A DNA stretch of 63,990 bases, counting the filler, from Caldilineae bacterium (lineage in GTDB: Bacteria > Chloroflexota > Anaerolineae > DTLA01), in the NCBI GenBank assembly GCA_037446815.1. It is 3 parts of 3 records of this genome, joined end to end, with 100 filler letters (N's around TTAATTAATTAA, not from the genome) between each part and the next. Parts side by side here need not be neighbours in the genome. Positions count along the whole stretch, not along the records: positions 1 to 26,877 come from JBBIHX010000029.1; 2 more parts are not named here. One strand, given 5' to 3'. Below the pieces are notes generated by a model. That model ran no database searches. It saw only the letters and a list, made by a program, of their open reading frames with translations, and had not been told where the DNA came from. Shown one piece after another: positions 1-9,164 of this stretch. A program made the position numbers and the translations under genes. Each line of letters begins with the position of its first letter. Position 1 is the stretch's first letter.

Positions 1-106
1 ACGAGATTCCTCGGCGCTCCGCGCCTCGGAATGACAGTGCGTGTTGTCATGCTGAACCGAAGGCGAAGCATCTCATGTTGTCATGCTGAGCGAAGCGAAG
101 CATCTC
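1..106. repeat. Cluster of palindromic GTCAT...ATGAC-family repeat modules
   Basis: GAGATTCCTCGGCGCTCCGCGCCTCGGAATGACA followed by two GTCATGCTGA(A/G)C.GA....CGAAGCATCTC units; related modules recur at ~9214-9680, 17350, 60233, 62301 and 63951. Confidence 0.7.
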
Positions 107-237
107 GGCCAGCGAACGTTTGGCGGGGCGACTCACCTCGCTCCCGCCTTCGGCCTCCCTCTCGGCGGATCGGGGACCGAGGGGGCGCCGTCATGTTCAT
201 GCCACCAAATCACAACATCAACGTGGGAGCAAGGGCA

Positions 238-873
238 TTGACGAACACTCTGCGGCACCTCACACGCTTTGCGGGCGTCCGCGTCGCACTCTGGCTCGCG
301 GCGCTGGCGGCTCTGCTCATCCTGTCGCCCTCCGAGAAAACCCTCGGCGACGTGGTCAAACTGGTGTACCTGCACGGCGCGCTGGTGCGAACCGGCTTGC
401 TCGCCTTCACCGTCGCGGGCGCCCTCGGCGCGGCGGCGCTCATCGCGCGCGGGCATAGCGCCATGCGCTGGAGCGAGGCCGTCGGCCACGCGGCCCTCGC
501 CGTGTGGACGCTGTACGTCCTGTCCAGCATGGTCGTAACCTACCTCGCGTGGGGCACGGCCATCGCCTGGAGCGAGCCTCGGGTGCAGGCCAGCGCCCAC
601 ATCTTCCTGGCGGCCGTGGCGTTTTGGATTCTGTCCTATCTGCTCCAGAGCGGGCGGGCCACGGCGCTCCTCAACCTCGTGCTGGCCGTGCTCGCGTGGG
701 TGCGGGTGCGCAGCGCCGGCGTCGTCATCCATCCGGTGGACCCCATCGGCGGATCGGCGTCCGTGAACATCAAGGTCTTCTACGCGGGGATCGTCCTCTG
801 CGTCATCCTGCTGGCGGGCGAATTGGCCCTCTGGCTTCGCATGCGGAGAATGAGACAATCCCAAGAGGGGTGA
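238..873 (+). CDS. ccmC: CcmC/CcsA-like heme-handling membrane protein (cytochrome c maturation)
   Basis: About six hydrophobic segments; YLHG (His1), tryptophan-rich WGTAIAWSEPR (WWD-like motif) and VIHP (His2). TTG start at 238 chosen from the upstream GGAG; ATG at 193 is an alternative. Confidence 0.65.
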   Translation: MTNTLRHLTRFAGVRVALWLAALAALLILSPSEKTLGDVVKLVYLHGALVRTGLLAFTVAGALGAAALIARGHSAMRWSEAVGHAALAVWTLYVLSSMVVTYLAWGTAIAWSEPRVQASAHIFLAAVAFWILSYLLQSGRATALLNLVLAVLAWVRVRSAGVVIHPVDPIGGSASVNIKVFYAGIVLCVILLAGELALWLRMRRMRQSQEG

Positions 874-919
874 GCACGATGTTTGCACTCCTGCCTTTCG
901 GCCCATCTCGCGGCCGCTC

Positions 920-993
920 TGCTCACCGCGGAGACATACAGAGAACGCGGAGAGTAATCCAAACTCTGTGTCCTTTGCGCCTCTGCGGTGAGT
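920..993. repeat. Palindromic intergenic repeat (TCACCGCGGAGAC...CTCTGCGGTGA family)
   Basis: Inverted ends ctcaccgcggag / ctctgcggtgag; a related half copy lies at ~9805-9837. Confidence 0.55.
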
Positions 994-1038
994 TCGTGCT
1001 TACATGAAAGTACAAACTGCTAGGATGGTAGTGTGAGC

Positions 1039-2736
1039 ATGAAACTCGTAACCGCTGACGAAATGCGTGCCCTGGAGAAGCAAGCCGACGCTTCGGGCGT
1101 GTCCTATCGCGACATGATGGAGCGCGCCGGGCTGGCCGTGGCGCAGGCCATCCGCGCCGTCCGCGACGCGAAGAAGCACCCGCGCGTGGCCGTGCTGGTG
1201 GGGCCGGGGAACAACGGCGGCGACGGGCTTGTGGCGGCGCGCCACCTCGCCACGTGGGGCTACCAGGTCGCGGCCTACTTGGCAAAGGCGCGCCCGCCCG
1301 ACGACGAGAACCTGGCGCTGGCGGCCCAGGCCGGCGTTCACATCGTCGCCGCCGACAACGACGCCAAACGGGCCCTCTGGCGCCGCATGGTGGCCGAATG
1401 CGACATCTTCGTGGACGCGCTCCTAGGCACCGGCGTGTCGCGGCCCATAGAAGGCCCCTTCCGCGACATCCTCCTGGCGGCAGCGGAGCAACTCGCAGCG
1501 CGCAAGGGCGCGGCCCCGCGATTCGCCAACTTCGCGGGCGGCGTGGCCTGGCCCAAGGAGCCGCCCGAGCCTGCGCCCGCCGCCGCGCCGTACGTCGTGG
1601 CGGTGGACCTGCCCAGCGGCCTCAACGCCGACACCGGCGCGCTGGACCCCGCCGCCATCCCCGCCGACCTCACGGTTACCTTCGCCCTCCCCAAGCGCGG
1701 GCACTTCCTGTTCCCGGGCGCGGAGGCCGTGGGCCGGCTTCTCGTGGCCGACATCGGCATCCGCGAAGAGTGGGCCGCGGGTGTCCCGCTGAGCCTCATC
1801 ACGCCCGGGTGGGTGGCCGAACGCCTTCCCCGCCGCCCGCCCGACGCCCACAAAGGCACCTTCGGGCGCGCGCTCATCGTCGCCGGGTCTGTGAACTACA
1901 CCGGAGCGGCCGGGCTTGCCGCGGCAGCGGCGGTGCGGGTCGGCGCGGGGCTGGTAACGCTGTGCGCCGGCGCGTCCGTGAGGCCGGTCGTGGCGGGCCG
2001 ATGGCCGGAGATCACGTACCTCGTGTTGCCCGAGGAAGTCGGCGTCCTCACCGAGGCGGGCGCCCCCCTGGTCCTCCAGGAAATCCCCCGCAGCGAGGCG
2101 CTCCTCATCGGCCCGGGCCTCGGCCAAGACGAGACGACGCGACGGCTCGTGTGGGCGCTGGTGGGCGCGGGAACGCCGCGGCGAACACGCATCGGGTTCA
2201 CCGAGCGGGAGGAAGCCCCGCCTCCGCCCCCCGCGTGCCCCATCGTCATAGACGCCGACGGCCTGAATGCGCTGGCCGAACTGCCCGACTGGCACCAGCG
2301 CGTCGCGGCCCCCTGCATCCTGACCCCGCACCCGGGCGAGATGGCGCGACTGCTCCGCTGCACCACCGCTGACGTGCAGGGAGACCGCATCGGCGTTGCC
2401 ATGCGCGCCGCGCAGGCGTGGCGCAAGGTTGTCGTGCTCAAGGGGGCGCATACGGTTGTCGCGGCGCCCGATGGAACAGCCTTCGTCTGCCCCTTCGCCA
2501 ACCCCGCGCTGGCCACGGCGGGCACCGGCGACGTACTGGCGGGGATTATCGTGGGGTTACTGGCCCAGGGACTGACGCCCCAGGACGCAGCAGCAACGGG
2601 CGTGTACGTGCACGCCCTGGCGGGGGAACTGGTCTCGCGGCGCACTGGCCCGTCCGGGCTAGCCGCAAGCGACCTACTGGACGCGATACCGTTGGCGGTG
2701 GCTCGCCTGCGCGGAGTCCCGCTCAACGCGCGGTAG
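1039..2736 (+). CDS. nnr: Bifunctional NAD(P)H-hydrate epimerase/dehydratase (YjeF)
   Basis: GPGNNGGDG, DALLGTG, AVDLPSG, HKGTFG, GPGLG, IDADGL, LTPHPGE and LATAGTGDVLAG motifs. Confidence 0.95.
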   Translation: MKLVTADEMRALEKQADASGVSYRDMMERAGLAVAQAIRAVRDAKKHPRVAVLVGPGNNGGDGLVAARHLATWGYQVAAYLAKARPPDDENLALAAQAGVHIVAADNDAKRALWRRMVAECDIFVDALLGTGVSRPIEGPFRDILLAAAEQLAARKGAAPRFANFAGGVAWPKEPPEPAPAAAPYVVAVDLPSGLNADTGALDPAAIPADLTVTFALPKRGHFLFPGAEAVGRLLVADIGIREEWAAGVPLSLITPGWVAERLPRRPPDAHKGTFGRALIVAGSVNYTGAAGLAAAAAVRVGAGLVTLCAGASVRPVVAGRWPEITYLVLPEEVGVLTEAGAPLVLQEIPRSEALLIGPGLGQDETTRRLVWALVGAGTPRRTRIGFTEREEAPPPPPACPIVIDADGLNALAELPDWHQRVAAPCILTPHPGEMARLLRCTTADVQGDRIGVAMRAAQAWRKVVVLKGAHTVVAAPDGTAFVCPFANPALATAGTGDVLAGIIVGLLAQGLTPQDAAATGVYVHALAGELVSRRTGPSGLAASDLLDAIPLAVARLRGVPLNAR

Positions 2737-2798
2737 CAATAGGGGCCTGGATCGCTCGCAGGCCCCCTTGCCCACTCCCGTTGTGCAACGCCGGCGGA

Positions 2799-3146
2799 CT
2801 AGGCTTCCGACTCGGCGGGCGGGGCCTTCTTTCGAGAAGCGATGGTCTTGCCCTTCTCCACCAACTCCTCAACCTTGGCCCGCTGCTCCTCCAGCACGAT
2901 GCGCCCCTTCTGCTGTGCCTCCTGCGCGCGCTTTGCGGCCTCCTCGGCCAGGCGCTCGGCCTCGCGCCGCGCCTCGGCGCTCAACTCCTCGGCCTTGTCG
3001 CGCAATTCCAGGCCCGTCTCGCGAATCCGCGTGCGGGTCTCCTGCCCGGACTGGGGCGCGAACAACAGGGCTGCCGCGGCGCCTACCACCGCGCCGATGA
3101 TGAAACCAGCCAGAAAATCACCAGCACCGTCTCTTGCCATCTCCAA
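2799..3146 (-). CDS. YtxH-family protein
   Basis: FLAGFIIGAVVGAAAALLFAPQSGQETR signature followed by a charged coiled coil. Confidence 0.9.
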   Translation of the reverse strand: MEMARDGAGDFLAGFIIGAVVGAAAALLFAPQSGQETRTRIRETGLELRDKAEELSAEARREAERLAEEAAKRAQEAQQKGRIVLEEQRAKVEELVEKGKTIASRKKAPPAESEA

Positions 3147-3165
3147 CCTCCTTCAGTTGATTCGG

Positions 3166-3480
3166 CTATTCGGAACCCGTCTGATCCACATCTCTACCCG
3201 CGCGGCGGCGGAGGCCCAGCAGGGTCTTCACCGCCTGCTCCGCGCCGGATACGAAACTGCTGGCCGACACGATTGGATTGACCACCTTGTCGCTGATGAA
3301 CGTCGTCGTGCCGCGCAGGGTGCTTGCCGTCTCGTTCGCCGAATCCAGCAGCGGCTTGATCTCCTCCTTCAGCAGGCGAATCAGGCTGTTGACCTGAATC
3401 ACCAGGAAGATGAGCACCACGCCCACCACGATGGATTCTATCGCCAGCACGATAATCGCCACATCCCGAACATCAGCCAT
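3166..3480 (-). CDS. DUF948/YtxG-like single-pass membrane protein
   Basis: N-terminal TM helix then an amphipathic coiled coil; adjacent to ytxH; GGAGG upstream of ATG 3480. Confidence 0.7.
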   Translation of the reverse strand: MADVRDVAIIVLAIESIVVGVVLIFLVIQVNSLIRLLKEEIKPLLDSANETASTLRGTTTFISDKVVNPIVSASSFVSGAEQAVKTLLGLRRRAGRDVDQTGSE

Positions 3481-3518
3481 ATGTCCCTCCCACATCCTTC
3501 GGCCGCGTGCCCATTATA

Positions 3519-3779
3519 TCATACCTGTAGCCATTTGACAATGAACATGGCGGCCACCGCCCCGAGAATTCCCTCCAGCAGGTGCACTTCGCCCAGCATG
3601 GGAAGCGGCGACGCCACAACGCCCGCGAGGAACTGCCCCGCGATGAACCCCGCTACGCTCGTCGGCCAGTACAGGAACACGTCGCGGGAGCGCCCGCCCT
3701 GCCACCACTGGAACAGGCCCGCCAGGCCGGTCGCCAGCACGATGCACAGCAACATCGCCGGAGCCGTGAGGTACCCCAT
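3519..3779 (-). CDS. Small three-helix membrane protein, function unknown
   Basis: Hydrophobic 86-aa ORF with GGAGG RBS, directly downstream of mnmA. Confidence 0.7.
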   Translation of the reverse strand: MGYLTAPAMLLCIVLATGLAGLFQWWQGGRSRDVFLYWPTSVAGFIAGQFLAGVVASPLPMLGEVHLLEGILGAVAAMFIVKWLQV

Positions 3780-3787
3780 GCCCCCTC

Positions 3788-4918
3788 CTATGCCTCAATG
3801 ATGCCTCCGCCCAGCACCACCTCACCGTCGTAGAAGACCACCCCCTGGCCAGGCGTAATGTCCCGAAGCGGCGCAGCGAAGGCAACCCAGGCGCGGTCGC
3901 CCTCCACGCGGGTCAGCGTTGCGCGCGCTTCTCTGGCGCGGTAGCGAATCTTCGCCGTGATGGCCGCGGGCAGCGGCGGCGGGCGCCCGGCCACAAACGA
4001 GACGCGCCCCGCCACGAGCGTATCGCGGCCCAGTTCGCGCGCCGTGCCTACCACCAGCGCATTGTCCTCGGCGCGGATGGCGAGCACGTACAGCGGCTCC
4101 GTATAGGCGATGCCGAGGCCCTCGCGCTGGCCGATGGTGTAGAAGGGCAGCCCTTTGTGCGTTCCGACGCGCTCCCCGGCGGTGTCGTAAATCGGCCCAG
4201 GCCGTATGTCCTCCGGCGCCGCGTTCCGCAGAAACCGTCGGTAGTCGTTGTCGCGCACGAAGCAGATTTCTTGGCTCTCGGGGCGCTCGGCCGAGGCCAA
4301 ACCCAACTCGCGGGCCAGTTGGCGCACCTGGACCTTGGTCAGTTCGCCCAACGGGAACAGCGCATGGGCCAGTTCGCGCTGTCCCAGCATGTGCAGGACA
4401 TAGGACTGGTCTTTGCGCGCATCCAGCCCCCGCAGCAGGAGGAACATATCCCCCTCGCGGCGGATGCGCACGTAATGCCCCGTCGCCAGATAGTCGGCCC
4501 CCTGGGCCAGCGCGTAGTCCAGCAGCAGGCCGAACTTCACGTCGCGGTTGCAGTTCAGGCACGGGTTGGGCGTCCGCCCGCGCAGATAGTCGGCCACGAA
4601 CGGCTCCACAACGGCGCGGCGGAACGCCTCCACCAAGTCTATCGCGTGGAACGGCACGCCCATGCGCTCACACACCTGGCGCGCGACGGCCTCGGATTCG
4701 GGCGAGCAGCACTTATTGGGCGCGGTGGTTCCGTCGCAGGACGCCTCGGCCCAGAAGTGCGCCATGACGCCCACCACATCGTACCCCTGCTGCGCCAGCA
4801 GCGCCAGCGCCACGGAACTGTCCACGCCGCCGCTCATGGCGACCACGACGCGGGGCGCCGATGTGCCGCGCCACGTCAGGGTCGGCGCATGTGGAATGGG
4901 CAAGCGAGCCTCGGCCAT
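3788..4918 (-). CDS. mnmA: tRNA 2-thiouridine(34) synthase MnmA
   Basis: AMSGGVDSS, TPNPCLNCN, ATGHY, KDQSY, ESQEICF, YTIGQR and TPGQ motifs. Confidence 0.96.
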   Translation of the reverse strand: MAEARLPIPHAPTLTWRGTSAPRVVVAMSGGVDSSVALALLAQQGYDVVGVMAHFWAEASCDGTTAPNKCCSPESEAVARQVCERMGVPFHAIDLVEAFRRAVVEPFVADYLRGRTPNPCLNCNRDVKFGLLLDYALAQGADYLATGHYVRIRREGDMFLLLRGLDARKDQSYVLHMLGQRELAHALFPLGELTKVQVRQLARELGLASAERPESQEICFVRDNDYRRFLRNAAPEDIRPGPIYDTAGERVGTHKGLPFYTIGQREGLGIAYTEPLYVLAIRAEDNALVVGTARELGRDTLVAGRVSFVAGRPPPLPAAITAKIRYRAREARATLTRVEGDRAWVAFAAPLRDITPGQGVVFYDGEVVLGGGIIEA

Positions 4919-4929
4919 TGCGCACGCAC

Positions 4930-5823
4930 CTACCCGAATCCGAAGATCTGATGACCCGCGCGGATGGCCTCCAGGTTGAAGTCGTATGCGAGGGAGATTT
5001 CCGCGTGGGCGGCGAACCCGCAGTATTCGCAGTGGATGGCGGCGCGGTTGCGCAGGTAGCAGCCATGCGTGATCGCGCCGTCCGGCTCGGTGGTGCTGAT
5101 GAGCCACGGATGGCATCGCCACGTGTTGCGCTTCAGGCGGCGCAGGGTCGCGTAGGAGTTCAACACCGGCAACCCCTCCCGTTTCAGCGCCATCAGTTGA
5201 TCCAGTGCCCAGTCCCGCTGCTCGGTGGACAACATAAGATTGTCTGTCCCCTCAAAGGGATAGTAGAACTGGATGGTAATCCCCTTGGTGAGATCGCTCA
5301 AGAACCGCACCAGGTCGGGAATCTCCCGCCAATTGCGAGCGCCGATGGTGATGTTCGCGAGAATCTTGGGATGGGCGGAAGCGCGAATGTTGGCCACGGC
5401 GCGGTCAAAACTGTTGCCGCGCAGGGCGTTGTGGGTCTCCCGCAGCCCGTCCATGCTGACCCACACGATGTCGGCGCTGGTCTCAATGGGCAGCGTGCCG
5501 TTGGTTACCACGCTCACGGAGAAGAAGCGTCGCTTGGCCTCGGCGACGAGGTCTTCCAGGCGCTTGGAGCCATCGCGCCACAGGAACGGCTCGCCGCCCT
5601 CAAGGATGAGAAGGCGCACCCCGTCGGCGTAGAGTTGATCCATCGCGGCCACGGCCACATCATATGGGACATCGGGCCTCGGTTGTCGCCAAAACGGGCA
5701 GGCGGCGCAGTTCAGGTTGCAGCGGTACGTGAGTTTGAACCCGTTGAGCAGCGGCCGCTTGACGCCGAACAGGCGGGCGCGCGCCATGTGCGCCGTGAAG
5801 TAGAGAACCTGCGAGCCGATCAT
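4930..5823 (-). CDS. Radical SAM protein with Cys-rich C-terminal auxiliary domain
   Basis: CNLNCAAC (CxxxCxxC), GGEPF, VTNG, VSMDG; C-terminal C..GC..CEYC; its ATG overlaps the rrf2 stop (ATGA). Confidence 0.9.
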   Translation of the reverse strand: MIGSQVLYFTAHMARARLFGVKRPLLNGFKLTYRCNLNCAACPFWRQPRPDVPYDVAVAAMDQLYADGVRLLILEGGEPFLWRDGSKRLEDLVAEAKRRFFSVSVVTNGTLPIETSADIVWVSMDGLRETHNALRGNSFDRAVANIRASAHPKILANITIGARNWREIPDLVRFLSDLTKGITIQFYYPFEGTDNLMLSTEQRDWALDQLMALKREGLPVLNSYATLRRLKRNTWRCHPWLISTTEPDGAITHGCYLRNRAAIHCEYCGFAAHAEISLAYDFNLEAIRAGHQIFGFG

Positions 5824-6227
5824 CCGCTTCCCCGCGCCAGGTCGGCCAATGTGGTGTTCTCCAGCGCGCTCACCACCAGCGCGTTCACGTGCTCCCAGAC
5901 CGTGCGCGCCGCGCACTGATCCAACCGCGCGCACGACACGTCGGCGTCGGCGCAGCGCAGGCTGACCACGTCGCCCTCCAGCGCGCGGATGACATCGGCC
6001 ACCGAGACCTCGTGCGGCGGGCGCGACAAGGCGTAGCCGCCGCGAGCACCCCGCGTGCTCAACAGCAGCCCCGACTCGCGCAGCGACGGGATAATCTGCT
6101 CCAGGTAGGGCACGGGCAGCCCTTCAGCGTCGGCTACCTCGGCCACCGAGACGGGGCCTTCGCCGTAGCGCCTGGCCCATTCGGTCATGGCCCGCAACCC
6201 GTAGTATTCTTTCGCCGAGAATTGCAT
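5820..6227 (-). CDS. Rrf2-family (IscR-like) transcriptional regulator
   Basis: YGLRAM, YLEQI, STRGARGGY; three Cys in C-x6-C-x5-C. Confidence 0.92.
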   Translation of the reverse strand: MQFSAKEYYGLRAMTEWARRYGEGPVSVAEVADAEGLPVPYLEQIIPSLRESGLLLSTRGARGGYALSRPPHEVSVADVIRALEGDVVSLRCADADVSCARLDQCAARTVWEHVNALVVSALENTTLADLARGSG

Positions 6228-6258
6228 TCTGTCCTCCAATCTGCGGCGGGCTGGCCCT

Positions 6259-6287
6259 ATTTTATGCGGTTGCCGCGGGGGTGTCAA
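6259..6287 (-). promoter_or_regulatory. Sigma70-type promoter of the rrf2 operon
   Basis: TTGACA-17 bp-TAAAAT on the minus strand. Confidence 0.75.
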
Positions 6288-6326
6288 CGAGCGAAGGTCG
6301 CCCCGCGCCCAACATGACAATCCGAC

Positions 6327-6355
6327 TTGACAGCCAGCCGCCCGAAGCGTATGCT
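6327..6355 (+). promoter_or_regulatory. Sigma70-type promoter of the metal-binding lipoprotein gene
   Basis: TTGACA-17 bp-TATGCT. Confidence 0.7.
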
Positions 6356-6393
6356 AGACGCTGAACTCGCTTCCGCGCCCAGAAGGGATAACG

Positions 6394-7374
6394 ATGAAAA
6401 CTCACACGCCTGTGCTGCTCCTCGCGCTGCTCTCGGTGCTGCTCCTCGTCGGTTCCGCCTGTCGGCCCGCAGCAACCTTCACGCCCGACGCCAACCCGGT
6501 GCCGGCGCTGTCGCCGGTGCCGCTCGGCCCGACGGACCGGCTCCGCGTCGTCGCCACCACCAGCATCGTGGCCGACGTAGTCGCCAACGTAGGTGGCGAC
6601 CGTATCGCGCTCACCACGCTCGTGCCGCTGGGCGCCGACCCCCACTCCTTCCAGCCCACGCCGCAGGATATGACGGCCCTCTCGCAGGCCCACGTCATCT
6701 ATGCCAACGGGGCGGGGCTGGAAACGTTCCTGGGGTCGCTGATGGACAGCGTCGGCGTCGCGGGGCGCGTGGTGTACGTCTCCCACGGCATCGCGCTCCT
6801 CCAGGCCACGCATGAGCGCGAAGGCGAAGCAGAACACGCCGGCGAAGGCGGCGACCCGCACACCTGGTTTGACCCCAACAACGTCATCGCATGGGTTCGG
6901 AACATCCGCGACACGCTGAGCATCCTAGACCCCGCCCATGCCGACACGTACCGCGCCAATGCCGAAGCCTACACCGCGCAACTGCAGACGCTGGACACAT
7001 GGATTCGTCAGGAGGTCGCGCAGGTCCCGCCAGCGAATCGCACGCTGGTAACCGACCACACGGCCTTCACCTACTTCGCGGCTCGGTACGGGTTTGAGCA
7101 AGTTGGCGCCATCTTCCCCGGCTACAGCACGCTGGCGTCGCCCTCCGCCAAGGAACTGGCGGCGCTGGAGGACGCCATCCGTGCGCAAGGCGTCAAGGCC
7201 GTGTTCGTGGGGAAGACCATCAACCCGGCGCTGGCCCAGCGCGTGGCCCAGGATACCGGCGTGCGCCTCGTGTTCCTCTACACCGGCTCCCTGGGAGAGC
7301 CGGGAAGCCCCGCCGCAACCTACCTGGACATGATGCGCTACAACGTTTCCGCCATCGTGAGCGCGCTTCGGTAG
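6394..7374 (+). CDS. Zn/Mn ABC transporter substrate-binding lipoprotein (ZnuA/TroA family)
   Basis: Lipobox GSAC, DPHSF, NGAGLE, DPHTW, TDHTAFTYF. Confidence 0.93.
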   Translation: MKTHTPVLLLALLSVLLLVGSACRPAATFTPDANPVPALSPVPLGPTDRLRVVATTSIVADVVANVGGDRIALTTLVPLGADPHSFQPTPQDMTALSQAHVIYANGAGLETFLGSLMDSVGVAGRVVYVSHGIALLQATHEREGEAEHAGEGGDPHTWFDPNNVIAWVRNIRDTLSILDPAHADTYRANAEAYTAQLQTLDTWIRQEVAQVPPANRTLVTDHTAFTYFAARYGFEQVGAIFPGYSTLASPSAKELAALEDAIRAQGVKAVFVGKTINPALAQRVAQDTGVRLVFLYTGSLGEPGSPAATYLDMMRYNVSAIVSALR

Positions 7375-7393
7375 TCCTCGCACGGGTGGAGAC

Positions 7394-9157
7394 ATGGCAT
7401 CGTCGGATGACGTCCTCGGCAAAGCGTATGACGCCCGTATCGCCCGCAGGCTGCTGGCGTTTCTCAAGCCCCACGTGCGGCAGGCGGCGGTGGGCGGCCT
7501 GCTGATGCTGGTGGTATCGGCCTGCTCCCTGGCCGGGCCCTACATCGTGCGCCTGGCCATTGACCGAGGCATCGTTGGCCGCGACATGCGGGCGCTGGCG
7601 GTGTGGGCCGCGGCCTTCGCGGGCAGCCGCTTGGTCATGTGGATCAGCCGCTACGCCCAAATCCAGATCATGGCGCGCGTCGGCCAGCGGGTCATCTTGC
7701 ACATCCGCACCCTCCTATTCGCCCACCTCCAGCGCCTGTCGCTGCGATTCTTCTCGCACTACGCCGTGGGACGGCTGATCTCGCGCCTCACGTCCGACGT
7801 GCACGTGCTGCAAGACCTGGTAACGTGGAGCGTCTTGGGCACGGTCAACGACCTCTTCGTGCTGGTGGGCATCGTAGGCGTGATGATCAGCATGAACGCC
7901 CGCCTGGCCGCCATGACGTTCCTGGTGGTGCCGGTAATGGCGGTGATGACGGCGTCTTGGCAGAAGGAAGCGCGGCAACGCTACCGCGAGGTGCGCAAAG
8001 CCATCGCCGCCGTCAACGCGAGCCTGCAAGAAAACATCAGCGGGGTGCGCGTGGTGCAGGCGTTCTCCCGCGAGGAGCGCAACCTGCGCGCCTTCGCCGA
8101 GGAAGTCAACCGCAACGACCTGGAGGCCAACCTGCGCGCCGAACGCCTGACGGCGCTGTTCTTCCCGGCGGTGGATTTCGTCAGCACGGCGGCGACGGCC
8201 ATCGTCATCTGGCTCGGCGGGCAGATGGTCCTGCGCGGCACGCTGACGGCGGGGGAACTGGTCGCCTTCGTCCTGTACATTGACCGCTTCTTTGACCCCA
8301 TCCGCGACTTGAGCCAGCGCTACAACACCCTCCAGGCGACGATGGCAGCGGGCGAGCGCATCTTTGAGTTGCTGGACACGCCGCCGGACATCGTGGACCC
8401 GCCCGATGCCGTGGACATGCCGCCCATGCGCGGCGAGGTGGAGTTTGATCACGTGTACTTCAGTTACGATGCCGAGACCGTGGTACTGGAAGACGTTACG
8501 CTCCACATCACCCCAGGGCAGACGGTGGCCTTCGTCGGCGCGACCGGCGCGGGCAAGACCTCGCTGGTGAAACTCCTCGGCCGCTTCTACGACGTGGACG
8601 CGGGGGCCATCCGCGTGGACGGGCTGGACGTGCGGCGGTGGCGACTGGCCGCGCTCCGCGGGCAGATGAGCATCGTCCTCCAAGAGCCATTTCTGTTCAC
8701 GGGCACCATCCGCGACAACATCCGCTACGGGCGGCTGGACGCCACCGATGCCGACGTTGAGGCCGCCGCCAAAGCCGTGGGCGCCTACGGGTTCATCATG
8801 CGCCAGCCCGACGGGTTTGACACATGGGTGGAGGAACGAGGCGCGAACCTGTCCATGGGCCAGCGCCAGTTGATTTCGTTCGCACGGGCGCTGCTGGCCG
8901 ACCCCAAGATTCTCATCCTGGACGAGGCCACGTCCAGCGTGGACACGCAGACCGAGCGCGCAATCCAGGACGCCATGCGCGTGCTGCGCCAGGGTCGCAC
9001 GACCCTTATCGTGGCCCACCGCCTGTCCACCGTCGTCCACGCCGACCGCATCGTAGTCCTGCACGCGGGCCGGGTCGCGGACGAGGGCACCCACGCCGAA
9101 CTCCTGGCCCGCGGCGGCCTGTACGCCCGCCTATACGAGATGGGCTTCGCCGAATAG
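7394..9157 (+). CDS. ABC exporter, fused permease and ATP-binding domains
   Basis: N-terminal TM domain; GATGAGKT, LSMGQRQ, ILDEATS, AHRLST. Confidence 0.95.
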   Translation: MASSDDVLGKAYDARIARRLLAFLKPHVRQAAVGGLLMLVVSACSLAGPYIVRLAIDRGIVGRDMRALAVWAAAFAGSRLVMWISRYAQIQIMARVGQRVILHIRTLLFAHLQRLSLRFFSHYAVGRLISRLTSDVHVLQDLVTWSVLGTVNDLFVLVGIVGVMISMNARLAAMTFLVVPVMAVMTASWQKEARQRYREVRKAIAAVNASLQENISGVRVVQAFSREERNLRAFAEEVNRNDLEANLRAERLTALFFPAVDFVSTAATAIVIWLGGQMVLRGTLTAGELVAFVLYIDRFFDPIRDLSQRYNTLQATMAAGERIFELLDTPPDIVDPPDAVDMPPMRGEVEFDHVYFSYDAETVVLEDVTLHITPGQTVAFVGATGAGKTSLVKLLGRFYDVDAGAIRVDGLDVRRWRLAALRGQMSIVLQEPFLFTGTIRDNIRYGRLDATDADVEAAAKAVGAYGFIMRQPDGFDTWVEERGANLSMGQRQLISFARALLADPKILILDEATSSVDTQTERAIQDAMRVLRQGRTTLIVAHRLSTVVHADRIVVLHAGRVADEGTHAELLARGGLYARLYEMGFAE

Positions 9158-9164
9158 ACCGCCA

